A stretch of 32,000 nt of DNA from Planctopirus limnophila DSM 3776 (GCF_000092105.1 NC_014148.1:4110001-4142000), one strand, 5' to 3'. Shown: positions 8,408 to 18,733, counted from the first letter of the stretch. Made by a program: numbers and translations. Notes: generated by a model from the sequence alone, not told the origin.

Positions 8408-9469
8408 TCAGATTGAGTAATCTTCCTTAGGCGAGAAGATCCGGGCATGGCGTGGTGAGGCGAACAATTCTTCGCCAGCGACAGGCTTCAGCGCCAGGTA
8501 GCGATCTCGGCTCAAGTCGATCTGCAGGGTGATCCCGAACTCTTCCGAATAGCAGCGGACGCGGGCGACGGCTCCCGCAGGGTTGATCTGTAGAATTTTT
8601 ACGCGGATTGATTCGGTACTTTCAGGAATCCGCGTGAGATCGACATCATGCGGTCGTACGTAGGCCGTTGCGTTGGGAGCGTTGGCAGAGTTTTCTGGGG
8701 CATTGAACTCAATTCCACCCGCCACCATTTTGCCATCGTGGACACGTCCGTGGAACACGTTCACATGCCCAAGAAAATCCATCACAAACGGGTTAGCCGG
8801 GTGATCGAACACTTCCTGCGGGGAGCCAACCTGCTCGATCCTTCCTGATTTCATGACCACCACCCGGTCGGCCACTTCAAACGCCTCTTCCTGATCGTGA
8901 GTCACGAAAATCGTGGTGATCGGTACTTCATCGTGCAATTGGCGGAGCCATTGCCGCAATTCCTGACGAACCTTCGCATCGAGAGCGCCAAAGGGTTCAT
9001 CAAGTAAGAGCACTTTCGGCTGCACAGCGAGAGCGCGAGCTAGAGCCACACGTTGTCGTTGTCCGCCCGAAAGCTGTGCCGGGAAGCGATTTTCGAGCCC
9101 TTCCAGCCTCACCAGATGCAGCAGTTCGCGGACACGCTGAGTAATTATCTGCCTGGATTCTTTCCGAATCCGCATGCCAAAGCCAATATTGTCGAAGACG
9201 GTCATGTGACGGAACAGGGCATAGTGCTGAAAGACAAAGCCCACCCCGCGTTGCCGGGGATGAGTACCAGTCACATCCTCCTCTTCGTAACGCACAACCC
9301 CTTCATCAGCATGCTCGAGACCGGCAATGATTCTGAGCAGCGTGGTTTTCCCGGAGCCACTGGGGCCCAGGAGCGCCAGCAGTTCGCCACCTTTGGCTTC
9401 TACGGTCAAGCGGTCGAGTGCCGTAAAAGCACCGAATCGTTTTGTGACCTGTTCAACACGAATGGACAT
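8408..9469 (-). CDS. cysA: Sulfate/thiosulfate ABC transporter ATP-binding protein
   Basis: It has Walker [13 protein letters not shown] signature LSGGQRQR and Walker B LLLDEPF, plus a C-terminal regulatory (TOBE-like) extension. It is the last gene of an sbp-cysT-cysW-cysA order. Confidence 0.92.
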   Translation of the reverse strand: MSIRVEQVTKRFGAFTALDRLTVEAKGGELLALLGPSGSGKTTLLRIIAGLEHADEGVVRYEEEDVTGTHPRQRGVGFVFQHYALFRHMTVFDNIGFGMRIRKESRQIITQRVRELLHLVRLEGLENRFPAQLSGGQRQRVALARALAVQPKVLLLDEPFGALDAKVRQELRQWLRQLHDEVPITTIFVTHDQEEAFEVADRVVVMKSGRIEQVGSPQEVFDHPANPFVMDFLGHVNVFHGRVHDGKMVAGGIEFNAPENSANAPNATAYVRPHDVDLTRIPESTESIRVKILQINPAGAVARVRCYSEEFGITLQIDLSRDRYLALKPVAGEELFASPRHARIFSPKEDYSI

Positions 9470-9543
9470 ACGCTATTCCAGATATTCAAGCTGCTGTTAG
9501 CAGTCAAAGTTTGTCTGTATTCCAGTGATCCGATTCTTTGCAG

Positions 9544-10413
9544 TTACAACTCGTCGGCATCAGGTTTTTTGATCGAGGCCAGCACCCAGTGCTCGAGTGC
9601 CGCTTTGGCAATGAGTGTCATCAACGCAAACAATGTCAGAATCGAGGCGACTGCAAAGGCACCAGGCTCATCATGTTCATGAAAGAGCTTGTCAACGCGC
9701 AGTGGCATCGTCTCGGTCGAACCGGCGATCTTCCCGGAAAGCACCGAAACAGCACCGAATTCGCCCATCGCTCGGGCTGTGCAGAGAATCACACCGTAGA
9801 GCAGCGCCCAGCGAATGTTCGGGATCGTCACCAGCCAGAACATTTGCCAGCCGGATGCCCCCAACGTGATCGCTGCCAGTTCTTCATCCGGGCCAATGGC
9901 TTCCATCACCGGGATCAATTCACGCGCGATAAAGGGTAAGGTCACAAACGTTGTCGCCAGAATCAGCCCCGGGGTCGAAAACACAATCTCGATCCCCCAC
10001 TCTTCCAGAGTGCTGCCAAAAAAACCTTGCCGGCCAAACAGCAGCATGAACATCAGGCCCACGGCGACTGGCGAAATTGCAAATGGCAGATCCACCATCG
10101 AAATCAATAGTGTCCGGCCCGGAAATTGAAACCTGGCCACAGCCCATGCCAACGCCACACCAAAGAAGATGTTGATCGTTACCGAAATCGAGCTGACCAC
10201 AAATGTCATCCACATCGCATGCAGCGAATCGGGATCGACCAGTGCTTTCTGCACGAAGGCATTCCACCCGGCAGAAAGGGCAATCGAGAAGACCTGCAGC
10301 AGCGGCACAATAATCAGCACCACAACAATCAGGTACACAATCCCGATCAGCAGCCATTTCAACCAGGCGGGTTCTCGTGAGCGGCTGAAGCCGCGGCGGG
10401 CGGGTTCAGTCAT
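9544..10413 (-). CDS. cysW: Sulfate ABC transporter permease
   Basis: The 289-aa polytopic membrane protein has an ABC permease EAA-type loop (EELAAITLGASGWQMFWLVTIP). An 8-nt overlap with the upstream permease gene and its position match cysW. Confidence 0.9.
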   Translation of the reverse strand: MTEPARRGFSRSREPAWLKWLLIGIVYLIVVVLIIVPLLQVFSIALSAGWNAFVQKALVDPDSLHAMWMTFVVSSISVTINIFFGVALAWAVARFQFPGRTLLISMVDLPFAISPVAVGLMFMLLFGRQGFFGSTLEEWGIEIVFSTPGLILATTFVTLPFIARELIPVMEAIGPDEELAAITLGASGWQMFWLVTIPNIRWALLYGVILCTARAMGEFGAVSVLSGKIAGSTETMPLRVDKLFHEHDEPGAFAVASILTLFALMTLIAKAALEHWVLASIKKPDADEL

Positions 10414-11257
10414 AGCGGCGGTTCCAGCGTTCGAGTCCGTTAATGATCACCAGCAGGATCAGTGAGATCACAATCAGCACAACGGCAACAGCCGTCGCTT
10501 CGGCATACGCATATTCTTCCAACCGGGAAACAATCAGATACGGAGCGATTTCTGTTTTGTACTGCAGGTTACCAGAGATAAAGATCACCGAGCCGAACTC
10601 GCCAATGGCCCGGGCAAACGTCAATGCAAAACCCGTCAGCAAAGCCGGCTGAATGGCTGGGAAGATCACCATCGAAAGTGTCTGCCAGCGCGTGGCGCCC
10701 AATAACTCGGCGGCGTCTTCAAGATCGTCATCGAGAGTCTCCAGCAAAGGCTGAACTGTTCTCACGACAAAAGGCAAACCCACAAACACCAGCACGAGAA
10801 TGATCCCGAGCTTGGTAAACGCCACATGGATGCCCCAAGGAACCAGCCACTTTCCGAACCAGCCGTGCTCGGCATACATGTTCGCATAGACCAGTCCGGC
10901 AACGGCGGTCGGTAAGGCAAACGGCAGGTCGATGAGCGAATCAATAAACCGTTTCCCGAAAAACTGATACCGCACCAGCACCCAGGCCAGAATGACACCG
11001 ATAATCGAATCGATGATCGCGGCAATCAGCGAGCAGAAAAACGTCACAAAGTATGCTGACTGGGCTCGCTCGCTCCAGGCGGCGGCCCAAAATTGAGATG
11101 GTGTGAGTGTGGCGGCTTTCGCAAAACAGGCAGCCAGTGGAATAAAGAGGAGCAGAGTCAAAACCGTGATGGAATAACCCAGGCTTAACCCCAGTCCGGG
11201 AAGGACACGGCGTTTCTTGAGACTCCCTGTCGGAGAAGATGATATGGCAGAAGACAT
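10406..11257 (-). CDS. cysT: Sulfate ABC transporter permease
   Basis: This polytopic permease has an N-terminal RRVLPGLGLSLG string like the CysT/CysU N-terminus and an EAA-type loop (EDAAELLGATRWQTLSMVIFP). I prefer the ATG at 11257, because the ORF-track start at 11311 is a TTG. Confidence 0.88.
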   Translation of the reverse strand: MSSAISSSPTGSLKKRRVLPGLGLSLGYSITVLTLLLFIPLAACFAKAATLTPSQFWAAAWSERAQSAYFVTFFCSLIAAIIDSIIGVILAWVLVRYQFFGKRFIDSLIDLPFALPTAVAGLVYANMYAEHGWFGKWLVPWGIHVAFTKLGIILVLVFVGLPFVVRTVQPLLETLDDDLEDAAELLGATRWQTLSMVIFPAIQPALLTGFALTFARAIGEFGSVIFISGNLQYKTEIAPYLIVSRLEEYAYAEATAVAVVLIVISLILLVIINGLERWNRRYD

Positions 11258-11390
11258 CAACTTATTGGCCTCAAGTCCACCGGCTGCATTCAACCGCTTT
11301 TTCGTTGTCAAACCCCGGGTGATTCTCTCTTCCAGCTCTCAAGCTGGCTGATCATCTTCGACAGATCCAAAATATGACTATCGATCTGAT

Positions 11391-12449
11391 CTATCGTTTG
11401 GCTGCCAGTTTCGAGATCTGATCAAATAAGGCCCCTTCACTAAAGAACCTCGTTTGTGCGTCATCCCAGCCCTTCGAAATATCCGTCACGCGAAACATGG
11501 TCAGTGGAGGGAACTTCTCTTTGAACTCTTCAGCAATTTGAGGATCGATGGGCCGGAAGTAGTTCTCGGCAATCAGTTTCTGCACTTCAGGTTCAAAGTA
11601 GAACTTCAGATAGGCTTCAGCCGTCTCTGTAGTTCCTTTCCTTTTAGCGTTGGATGTCACTACTGCCGCCACCGGTTCAGCTCGAATACTCACCGGAGGA
11701 TAGACAATTTCGACCTCCCCTTTACTCTCTTTGACCGCCAGATAGCCCTCGTTTTCCCACGCTAATTGCACATCGCCGATTCGCTTATTCAGAAATGTTG
11801 TCGTCGCACCACGACCACCCGATTCCAGCACAGGGACATGCCGATACAAATCGGTCAGGTACTTCATCGCCTCTTCTTCACTCCCGCCGCGTGTGGTCAC
11901 ACTTCCCCAGGCAGCGAGGAAACTCAGTTTGCCATTGCCCGAAGACTTGGGATTGGGAGTAATCACTTCCACTCCTTCACGAACAAGATCGGGCCAATCC
12001 TTGATGTTCTTGGGGTTCCCTTTTCGCACGACAAACACGACTGTCGAAAAGTAAGGAATCGACTCGTTGGGCAATCGATTTTCCCAGCCGGGTTCAATCA
12101 ATCCCGATTTTGCGATGGCGTTAATGTCGATCCACAATGCCAGTGAAACCACATCTGCCTTCAAACCATCCATCACAGATCGTGCCTGGCTCGAAGATCC
12201 ACCGTGCGATTGTTTAATCGTCAGCTTTTTGCCCGATTCGGCTTCATAACGCTTGATGAATTTTTCATTCACCGCAGTGCAGATTTCGCGAGTGACGTCA
12301 TACGAAACGTGCAGGAGTTCCTGGCTGTTCGAGGATTTTTTCGTGCACCCGGAAGTGGCCAGGCTCATGCCAATGGCGGTCAACGTCAACAGCGCTGCCA
12401 ACCAGCGGAAACTCTTCTCAGAGCCTGTCTTGAACGAGTGGATTGTCAT
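11391..12449 (-). CDS. sbp: Sulfate-binding periplasmic protein (lipoprotein form)
   Basis: From the ATG at 12449 the protein reads MTIHSF...LATSGC (signal plus lipobox). SHGGSSSQARSVMDGLKADVVSLAL matches the conserved Sbp/CysP HGGSGKQA...DVVTLAL block. The longer ORF-track version (to 12707) would overlap the Rrf2 gene. Confidence 0.9.
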   Translation of the reverse strand: MTIHSFKTGSEKSFRWLAALLTLTAIGMSLATSGCTKKSSNSQELLHVSYDVTREICTAVNEKFIKRYEAESGKKLTIKQSHGGSSSQARSVMDGLKADVVSLALWIDINAIAKSGLIEPGWENRLPNESIPYFSTVVFVVRKGNPKNIKDWPDLVREGVEVITPNPKSSGNGKLSFLAAWGSVTTRGGSEEEAMKYLTDLYRHVPVLESGGRGATTTFLNKRIGDVQLAWENEGYLAVKESKGEVEIVYPPVSIRAEPVAAVVTSNAKRKGTTETAEAYLKFYFEPEVQKLIAENYFRPIDPQIAEEFKEKFPPLTMFRVTDISKGWDDAQTRFFSEGALFDQISKLAAKR

Positions 12450-12514
12450 CTCTTCTATGGCCTCTTGTTGATCGCAGTTCGTATGTCGTTCATTCCGGAA
12501 ATGGAACGAAAACC

Positions 12515-12985
12515 TCAGATTCCATCCCCACCAGAAAACCCGACTGCAAAGATCTCTTCTCTCATCACGGGTTGTGAATCGACGACCGCCTGGAGTGTGG
12601 CCTGATCCATCCGCCGGGCGGTGTAATTGCGAATATCCAGGAGCACACGACGAAATCGACAGGATGTTTCCTGTGAACAAACCTCGTGGTGTGTGACTGA
12701 AACGCACGGCAAAGGTGCCAGAGTGCCATCAAATAAACGCACCACCTGCCCCATCGACAATTGCTCAGGCGGAACTGCCAGATGAAACCCGCCAATCCGG
12801 CCAGCCACACTCGTCACCCAGCCAGCCGCTTTCAGCTCGAGCATGATCATTTCAAGAAACCGCCGTGGAATATCATTGATCTTGGCCAGCTCTCGCACAG
12901 GAGTGGGTGGCCCGCCTTCCCGCTGACGGATCGCCAGCGTGACCAGTGCCCGTAAGGCATAATCAGATTTCCGCGAAAGCTTCAT
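12515..12985 (-). CDS. Rrf2 family transcriptional regulator with three clustered cysteines
   Basis: The N-terminus MKLSRKSDYALRAL... and a winged-helix region are typical of Rrf2 (IscR/NsrR/CymR) proteins. It carries C-x8-C-x5-C (CVSVTHHEVCSQETSC). It sits immediately upstream of, and co-directional with, the sulfate transporter operon. Confidence 0.88.
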   Translation of the reverse strand: MKLSRKSDYALRALVTLAIRQREGGPPTPVRELAKINDIPRRFLEMIMLELKAAGWVTSVAGRIGGFHLAVPPEQLSMGQVVRLFDGTLAPLPCVSVTHHEVCSQETSCRFRRVLLDIRNYTARRMDQATLQAVVDSQPVMREEIFAVGFSGGDGI

Positions 12986-13162
12986 CGCGTATCTCTTCCC
13001 CTACCACGCACTTCGAAACGAAGGCATGCCCACCAACAGGAATCATCACCTATGCAGTGGGAATTTATCGCTGCCAGGGCAAAAATGTCAATGTTCAGTG
13101 ACGTTTTGGCCTGACGGGAGATCCCTGTCTCTCAAATTGCGACTCCGACAATTCGCCAGTAA

Positions 13163-14959
13163 CTATCCCTGCCAAGAGATGATCTGCGTTTTGTGCAGTA
13201 CATGCGGATGCAATTGAGAAGGTTGATCCGCCTGAATACAAGTCCATGCGGGACGCTGTCCCTTTGAAGCCGGTACAAGACCTCCTGAAGAGGTCTCCAG
13301 ATCATATCCGAGAGCCGTAAATCCATTCTCAGTTGCAAGTTCCAGCAATTGCAGACTCGACATCTCCGGGAACCGACTGCCGATGAACTGGATCTCTTTC
13401 CACAGGCTCAAATCTGGATTGGATGCTCTGCTATCGGTTCCGAGAGCCACATTGATGCCACGACTCATCAATTCCTGCAGTGGATACGGGGCATGTCCAA
13501 AAGCCGCATGGGTTCGAGGGCACCAGACGACTGACAATTGCGGCTGATTCTGGATCCGATCCATCTGGGCCGACGTGAGATAGTTTCCATGAATGATCAA
13601 GCCACAGGCGGCTGACTGCATTCGATCGAGATAATCATCGATCGATTGTCCGCCAAACAGCCCCTCCTGCCACAGTCCGAAGTCCTGCAGCATGGTCGCC
13701 AGGGGGCCCGTTCCGCGCTCCAGAAGTTCAATCTCCTCCAGACTTTCGGCCAGATGCATCGCTACCGGGACATCTCCCATCGACCGGCTCAGATCCACCA
13801 CCCGCTCCAGCAGATCCAAAGGGACGGTGTAAGGCGCATGAGGACTTAAAGCGAACCTGACCGCCTTTTCGTCGGCTGCCCTCAAACCCGCAGCCAGTCT
13901 TCGTGCTCGATCCAATGTCTGCTCTTGCCTCTCTCGGGAAAATCCCAACACTTCGGCAAACAGCACAAACTGCAGTTCCCTGGCATTCGTGACTCGCTGC
14001 GGAGAAGTCGCAGCGTTTCCGGAGGCATTCCACGATGCACTCCTTGTCTCTCCCAGAACTTCCAGCCAGCCATTGGTCGCAATCTCTCCAATGACTCCCA
14101 CGCCAGCTTGTCGCGATTCTTCGATTCCTCGCCGAATCGATTCAGCGGGCAGAACGCTCTGCTGCTGCCGACTGGCGACCACCTGGCGGATCCAGCCCGC
14201 AAACTCTCTCTGGGCAGGAAATGGCTCTTCCAGAGAGGAAAACTCCAGATGGGTATGGGCATTCACCAGCCGGGGCAACATCGCTCGACCGTTTTTGGGT
14301 GCCCCTTTCGGCTGCGTGGTCACATCCACCACCAGACCATCTTCGACAATCACCCGGCACCCTTCGACCACCTTCCAATCACGAATGCGAAAGCGACCTG
14401 TAGCATCTCGGCGCCCTGTGCTCACATCAGGTTCAAAGAGCCAGTCGACATCGATGACCTGCCGCTCTTGTCGAGGCTGGGGCGCCAGGCTGGCAGGCTC
14501 TGCATCCACACGATCTGGCACTTTCCCGGTCTCAGGTCGAATTGGCCCAGCCACAGGTCGAATTGGTGACTCACCCACACGTCCAGGTAAACGCACTGGG
14601 GGCGGTGCCTGAGGCCCGACCGGACATGCCTTCAGAATCGCCTCAAGGTCACTCGTGACGACTTCAATCGACTGCACTGCCATCTTGAAGTTCGTATGAT
14701 CACTGATCCGGGTCGCATCCTCTCGAAACTGTCTGACACTCGCCTTGAACTTCGACAGCTTGCGGCGGAGCATCAGCAGATATTTTTCCGGGTTCTCAAT
14801 CTGTGTTTCGAGTGCCCGAGACAGATCAAACACACTGCGGACAATCCCCATCAGTTCTGGAAAGTCTTCGCACTCGGGCGAGTGCTTGATAAATGTACGC
14901 ACCATCCAGGCGTGCGACATCAGTTGCTGACAGCGGTTCATGGCTTCGTGTGGCGTCAT
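13163..14959 (-). CDS. Amidohydrolase-superfamily protein (chlorohydrolase/nucleoside deaminase-like) with ~150-aa N-terminal helical extension
   Basis: The C-terminal ~400 aa carry the metal-binding VNAHTHLEFS (HxH), HGNY, and GTDSRASNPD (Asp) motifs of the amidohydrolase fold. The N-terminal ~115 aa are an unrelated helical region, followed by a Pro-rich linker containing a PIRP duplication. Confidence 0.8.
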   Translation of the reverse strand: MTPHEAMNRCQQLMSHAWMVRTFIKHSPECEDFPELMGIVRSVFDLSRALETQIENPEKYLLMLRRKLSKFKASVRQFREDATRISDHTNFKMAVQSIEVVTSDLEAILKACPVGPQAPPPVRLPGRVGESPIRPVAGPIRPETGKVPDRVDAEPASLAPQPRQERQVIDVDWLFEPDVSTGRRDATGRFRIRDWKVVEGCRVIVEDGLVVDVTTQPKGAPKNGRAMLPRLVNAHTHLEFSSLEEPFPAQREFAGWIRQVVASRQQQSVLPAESIRRGIEESRQAGVGVIGEIATNGWLEVLGETRSASWNASGNAATSPQRVTNARELQFVLFAEVLGFSRERQEQTLDRARRLAAGLRAADEKAVRFALSPHAPYTVPLDLLERVVDLSRSMGDVPVAMHLAESLEEIELLERGTGPLATMLQDFGLWQEGLFGGQSIDDYLDRMQSAACGLIIHGNYLTSAQMDRIQNQPQLSVVWCPRTHAAFGHAPYPLQELMSRGINVALGTDSRASNPDLSLWKEIQFIGSRFPEMSSLQLLELATENGFTALGYDLETSSGGLVPASKGQRPAWTCIQADQPSQLHPHVLHKTQIISWQG

Positions 14960-15212
14960 ACAGCCATCATAACAACCGCGTCACCCCCTCCGCGACCCGC
15001 CACTGCTCGACTTGACCGTCAAGATCCAACCCGAAACCCGTGTTCCGCCTGCTCATGGTCGCGACGCTCGTCTGGAAGGTACCAGCGTCAGACGAAGCAT
15101 GGCTTGCTGCTTATGGAGATACGAGCTTACCACGAAGTATGAAGGACATTCAAAACGCCAGCGAATCGAACAAGAAGTCTTTACCGGTCTCCCCGATCAA
15201 GAGCGGCCTTAT

Positions 15213-15473
15213 TTACCTCTGACTTATCTCAAGTACAAACGCGATCTCCAGCCCTGCTTCCTGGAGTATTCGATTCATAAATTGACCGGCCTGCTGCTTT
15301 GCCTCCTCCTCGGTAGCTGCATCAACTGTAAAATACACTTCCTCCTGTTGTTGACTGCCTCGCGGTCCGATGCATCCACCGCTGGGTACAATCGCTTCGA
15401 GAGCCTCAGAAAGACCTGCCTGTTCTTGCACCGAAAGTCGGCGCGGCGAATCGGCATACACGGCGTATTCCAT
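15213..15473 (-). CDS. Hypothetical small protein
   Basis: The 86-aa ATG ORF has balanced, coding-like composition. It has no signal peptide and no family is recognised. Confidence 0.45.
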   Translation of the reverse strand: MEYAVYADSPRRLSVQEQAGLSEALEAIVPSGGCIGPRGSQQQEEVYFTVDAATEEEAKQQAGQFMNRILQEAGLEIAFVLEISQR

Positions 15474-15497
15474 GATTCATCTCAACGCAAAGGCAGC

Positions 15498-15515
15498 GGC
15501 AGGCGGGAGCCTGCC
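15498..15515. repeat. 18-nt GC-rich palindromic hairpin GGCAGGC-ggga-GCCTGCC (copy 1)
   Basis: The same 18-mer plus the 3-nt flank CTA occurs in inverted orientation at 18709-18729. It lies 55 nt past the trpA stop and could act as a weak terminator or stabiliser. Confidence 0.6.
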
Positions 15516-15569
15516 CTACTTCTACTTCAGAATCGGTAGAGAGAGCAGCAGGCAGTTTATAAACACGCT

Positions 15570-16385
15570 TCACGAGTGATGAGCGGCGGCGGCGAGTTGC
15601 TCGGCGAACTGTTGGATCGAGGTCAGCGACTTTTCAAAGCCTGCGGGAGTCTCGGCACCGTCGAGATGCCTCACAATGGCAGAACCGACAATCGCACCGT
15701 CGGCTTTCCCGCGAAGGGCTTCAATCTGGGCGGCCTGGCTGACTCCAAAGCCCACGCACAAAGGAAGCTGCGTCTTTTCACGCAGGAGCTTAAGTCCCGC
15801 CTCGATCTCGTGGGCAGCGGCATCGCGGACTCCCGTCGTTCCTGCCACGGCAATACAGTAAATGAATCCTGAGGCTGTGGCCAGGATCTTGTCCATCCGG
15901 GCGGCGGGTGTCGTGGGGGCGACCAATTGAATCAGATCGATGCCGAACTCTTTCGTGAGTGCCGCAAATTCTGTGGCTTCATCCCCAGGGAGATCGGGAA
16001 TAATCAGACCGGCAAAGCCAGCCTTCTTTGCGGCTTCGAGAAAGGAACGTGTCCCTGTGCGGAAGATGATGGCAAACGACACCATCCCCACGAGTGGTGT
16101 CGAAATCGTTTTTGAGACCTGCTCGATGGTCGCGAAGAGATCGGCCAGCTTGAGATGTTTCCCTAATGCTCGCGTATAGGACGATTGAATCACCGGACCG
16201 TCGGCAATCGGGTCGCTATACGGGAACCCGATTTCAATGAGATCGGCTCCGGCAGTTGAGAGTGTCTGAATCAGCCGGATGGTCGAGGGAAGATCGGGAT
16301 CGCCAGCGGCAATAAACGGAATAAATGACATCTCTCCCGCAAGACGCCGGGCGGAAAGTGCTTTGGTGATTGGTGATTCGGACAT
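15570..16385 (-). CDS. trpA: Tryptophan synthase alpha chain
   Basis: FIPFIAAGDPD and GADLIEIGFPYSDPIADGPVIQ are classic TrpA motifs. I chose the ATG at 16385 (MSESPI...). The gene is directly downstream of trpB. Confidence 0.93.
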   Translation of the reverse strand: MSESPITKALSARRLAGEMSFIPFIAAGDPDLPSTIRLIQTLSTAGADLIEIGFPYSDPIADGPVIQSSYTRALGKHLKLADLFATIEQVSKTISTPLVGMVSFAIIFRTGTRSFLEAAKKAGFAGLIIPDLPGDEATEFAALTKEFGIDLIQLVAPTTPAARMDKILATASGFIYCIAVAGTTGVRDAAAHEIEAGLKLLREKTQLPLCVGFGVSQAAQIEALRGKADGAIVGSAIVRHLDGAETPAGFEKSLTSIQQFAEQLAAAAHHS

Positions 16386-16486
16386 GAAACAGCTTCTCGA
16401 AGGAGGTTCTCTCGCCAGTGATGTTTGCCAGCAAGAAGAGCGAGGGCTGGCCAACCAGAACCGCTCTCTGTCATGCAACGGCTTTG

Positions 16487-17704
16487 TTAAATCTGCTGGC
16501 CGGTCAGCCGTGCGACTTCATTGAGGTCTTTATCGCCACGGCCCGAAAGGCAGACGACGATGGATTCATCCGGCGACATTTCACTGGCACGCTTGAGTGT
16601 GTAAGAGATGGCGTGAGATGTTTCGAGTGCAGGAAGAATGCCCTCTGTTCGTGCCATCAGTTGCATGGCCGCCAGAGCCTCGTCATCGCTGCAACTGGTG
16701 TACTGCACGCGGCCGGAATCTTTCCAGTAGGCATGTTCGGGGCCGACACCGGGATAATCGAGCCCGGCCGATACCGAATGGACATCGGAGGTCTGGCCAT
16801 CTTCATCCTGCAAAACGTAGCTGTAGCTGCCATGCAGAATCCCTTTGTTTCCAAACGAGAGGGCACTGGCATGATCGCCGGGCTTAGGGCTGCGGCCACC
16901 CGCTTCAACGCCAGTAATTCGCACCGATTCATCGTCAACAAAGGGATAAAACATGCCGGCAGCATTCGAGCCGCCACCCACACAGGCCACGATCTCTGTC
17001 GGCAATCCACCGATCATCTCAAAGCATTGAGCACGGGCTTCCCGGCCAATCACCGATTGGAAATCGCGAACGATCATCGGAAAGGGGTGCGGCCCAACCA
17101 CCGAACCAATGATGTAATGCGTATTCTTGACCGAAGACATCCAGTCACGCATCGCTTCGTTAATGGCATCGCGTAAAGTTCGCGAACCCGATGTCACAGG
17201 TCGAACTTCGGCTCCCATCGTTCGCATGATGAAGACGTTCAGCTTCTGTCGGCGAACATCTTCTTCGCCCATAAAGACCGTACAGGGAATACCGAAGTGA
17301 GCGCAGGCGGTGGCGGTGGCGACACCGTGCTGGCCGGCACCTGTTTCAGCAATGATGCGGGTCTTGCCCATCCGCATCGTCAGGAGAGCCTGCCCGAGAG
17401 CATTGTTGATCTTATGGGCACCCGTATGGTTGAGATCTTCCCGCTTGAAATAAATCTTCGCACCACCGCTCATGCGGGTAAGTCGTTCTGCGAAGTAGAG
17501 CGGGTTAGGCCGGCCCACAAAGTGCTTGAGTAAGCCTTCGAGTGTTGCAGCAAACTCGGGGTCTTTTTTCGCACTCTCGTACGCCTGAGCCAGTTCTTCC
17601 AGGGCGTACATCAAGGTCTCAGGGACAAATCGTCTCCCGAACTCCCCAAAACGCCCCTGGGCATCGGGAACCTGAGAGATCGGATGAGTGATGGCTGCCG
17701 ACAT
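16487..17704 (-). CDS. trpB: Tryptophan synthase beta chain
   Basis: It has the PLP-lysine motif HTGAHKINN and the GGGSNAAG loop. An N-terminal [14 protein letters not shown] string is also present. I prefer the ATG at 17704 (406 aa); the upstream start at 17821 would add a 39-aa low-complexity extension. Confidence 0.93.
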   Translation of the reverse strand: MSAAITHPISQVPDAQGRFGEFGRRFVPETLMYALEELAQAYESAKKDPEFAATLEGLLKHFVGRPNPLYFAERLTRMSGGAKIYFKREDLNHTGAHKINNALGQALLTMRMGKTRIIAETGAGQHGVATATACAHFGIPCTVFMGEEDVRRQKLNVFIMRTMGAEVRPVTSGSRTLRDAINEAMRDWMSSVKNTHYIIGSVVGPHPFPMIVRDFQSVIGREARAQCFEMIGGLPTEIVACVGGGSNAAGMFYPFVDDESVRITGVEAGGRSPKPGDHASALSFGNKGILHGSYSYVLQDEDGQTSDVHSVSAGLDYPGVGPEHAYWKDSGRVQYTSCSDDEALAAMQLMARTEGILPALETSHAISYTLKRASEMSPDESIVVCLSGRGDKDLNEVARLTGQQI

Positions 17705-17900
17705 GTGGACGTCGCTTTCTTCCTCTAAAACTATTTCTTCGCCCGCTGTTGTCTCATCGTACTTAGAAGTATTCCGTGCGTTCGCACGATTTCCACCCGG
17801 AACAGGGTTCTCTTTCGTCAAAACTCACCCAGGCTAGCGATTGACGACTTCATTGAGCTGGTTCTGCGATCAACTCAGGTCTGATTAACTCGCTGTCTGA

Positions 17901-18680
17901 TCAACTCGCCGGCTGATTACCAGTATTCAATTCGGAAACTGTCGAAACGCGAGTTCCCAGTCGTTCACCGGCAATGGCCCGCTCAATGGTGCCGGATTTC
18001 TGATAGTTGAGTACCACAATCGGGATATTCTGCTCCATGCAGTGATGAATCGCCTGAGCATCCATCACCCCCAGATTCTGACGCAGCACATCCTGATAGG
18101 AAATCTCACTGTATTTGACAGCATGCGGATTCTTGAGGGGATCGGACGAATAAACACCATCAACACGGGTGGCCTTGATCAGCAGTGTGGCATCAATCTC
18201 GCGCGAACGCAGGGCGGCGGCCGTATCCGTCGTCACGAAGGGACTCCCTGTGCCAGCAGCGAGAATCACGACTCGGCCCTTTTCCAGATGGCGAATGCAG
18301 CGACGCCGGATAAATGGCTCGGCCACGCCTTCCATACGAATGGCCGATTGCAACCGTGCAGGGACACCCAGACTTTCCAGAGTATCCAGCAGTGCCAGCC
18401 CGTTTATCACTGTCGCCAACATACCCATGTAATGTGCTGTGGCTGGTAAAATCGTCTGTTTGAAGCCATCGAGATCGCGGCCGCGCAGGATATTCCCTCC
18501 GCCACAAACGACTGCCAGTTGCACACCGGAAGCGACAACTCGCTTAATCTGCTCGGCAATCAGCACAATCTCGGGAACACTGAGCCCTGACTGGCCCGAT
18601 TGACAAAAACTCTCACCACTCAGCTTCAGGAGCACGCGCTGGATGGGTGGCTTGGATGTGCTGCTGAGCGATGTGGGCAT
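17901..18680 (-). CDS. pyrH: UMP kinase
   Basis: VLLKLSGE and [10 protein letters not shown] are typical amino-acid-kinase-fold UMP kinase motifs. It is located downstream of tsf, as in the conserved rpsB-tsf-pyrH arrangement. Confidence 0.93.
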   Translation of the reverse strand: MPTSLSSTSKPPIQRVLLKLSGESFCQSGQSGLSVPEIVLIAEQIKRVVASGVQLAVVCGGGNILRGRDLDGFKQTILPATAHYMGMLATVINGLALLDTLESLGVPARLQSAIRMEGVAEPFIRRRCIRHLEKGRVVILAAGTGSPFVTTDTAAALRSREIDATLLIKATRVDGVYSSDPLKNPHAVKYSEISYQDVLRQNLGVMDAQAIHHCMEQNIPIVVLNYQKSGTIERAIAGERLGTRVSTVSELNTGNQPAS

Positions 18681-18711
18681 ATTAGCTTCCGTAGATGTTA
18701 GCAGAATTTAG

Positions 18712-18729
18712 GGCAGGCTCCCGCCTGCC
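18712..18729. repeat. 18-nt GC-rich palindromic hairpin (copy 2, inverted relative to 15498-15515)
   Basis: The string is GGCAGGC-tccc-GCCTGCC, lying 32 nt upstream of the pyrH start codon. Confidence 0.6.
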
Positions 18730-18733
18730 AATG

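Noticed and set aside
12450-12707. N-terminal extension of the sulfate-binding protein ORF (438-aa version)
   Set aside because: The extension overlaps the 3' part of the Rrf2 gene in another frame and has no signal-peptide logic. The ATG at 12449 gives a proper signal/lipobox and a typical Sbp length.
17705-17821. 39-aa N-terminal extension of TrpB
   Set aside because: The extension is low-complexity and acidic, and is absent from typical TrpB proteins. The internal ATG at 17704 gives the usual ~400-aa protein starting just before the conserved G.FG.FG..FVPE block. The longer form cannot be excluded without data.
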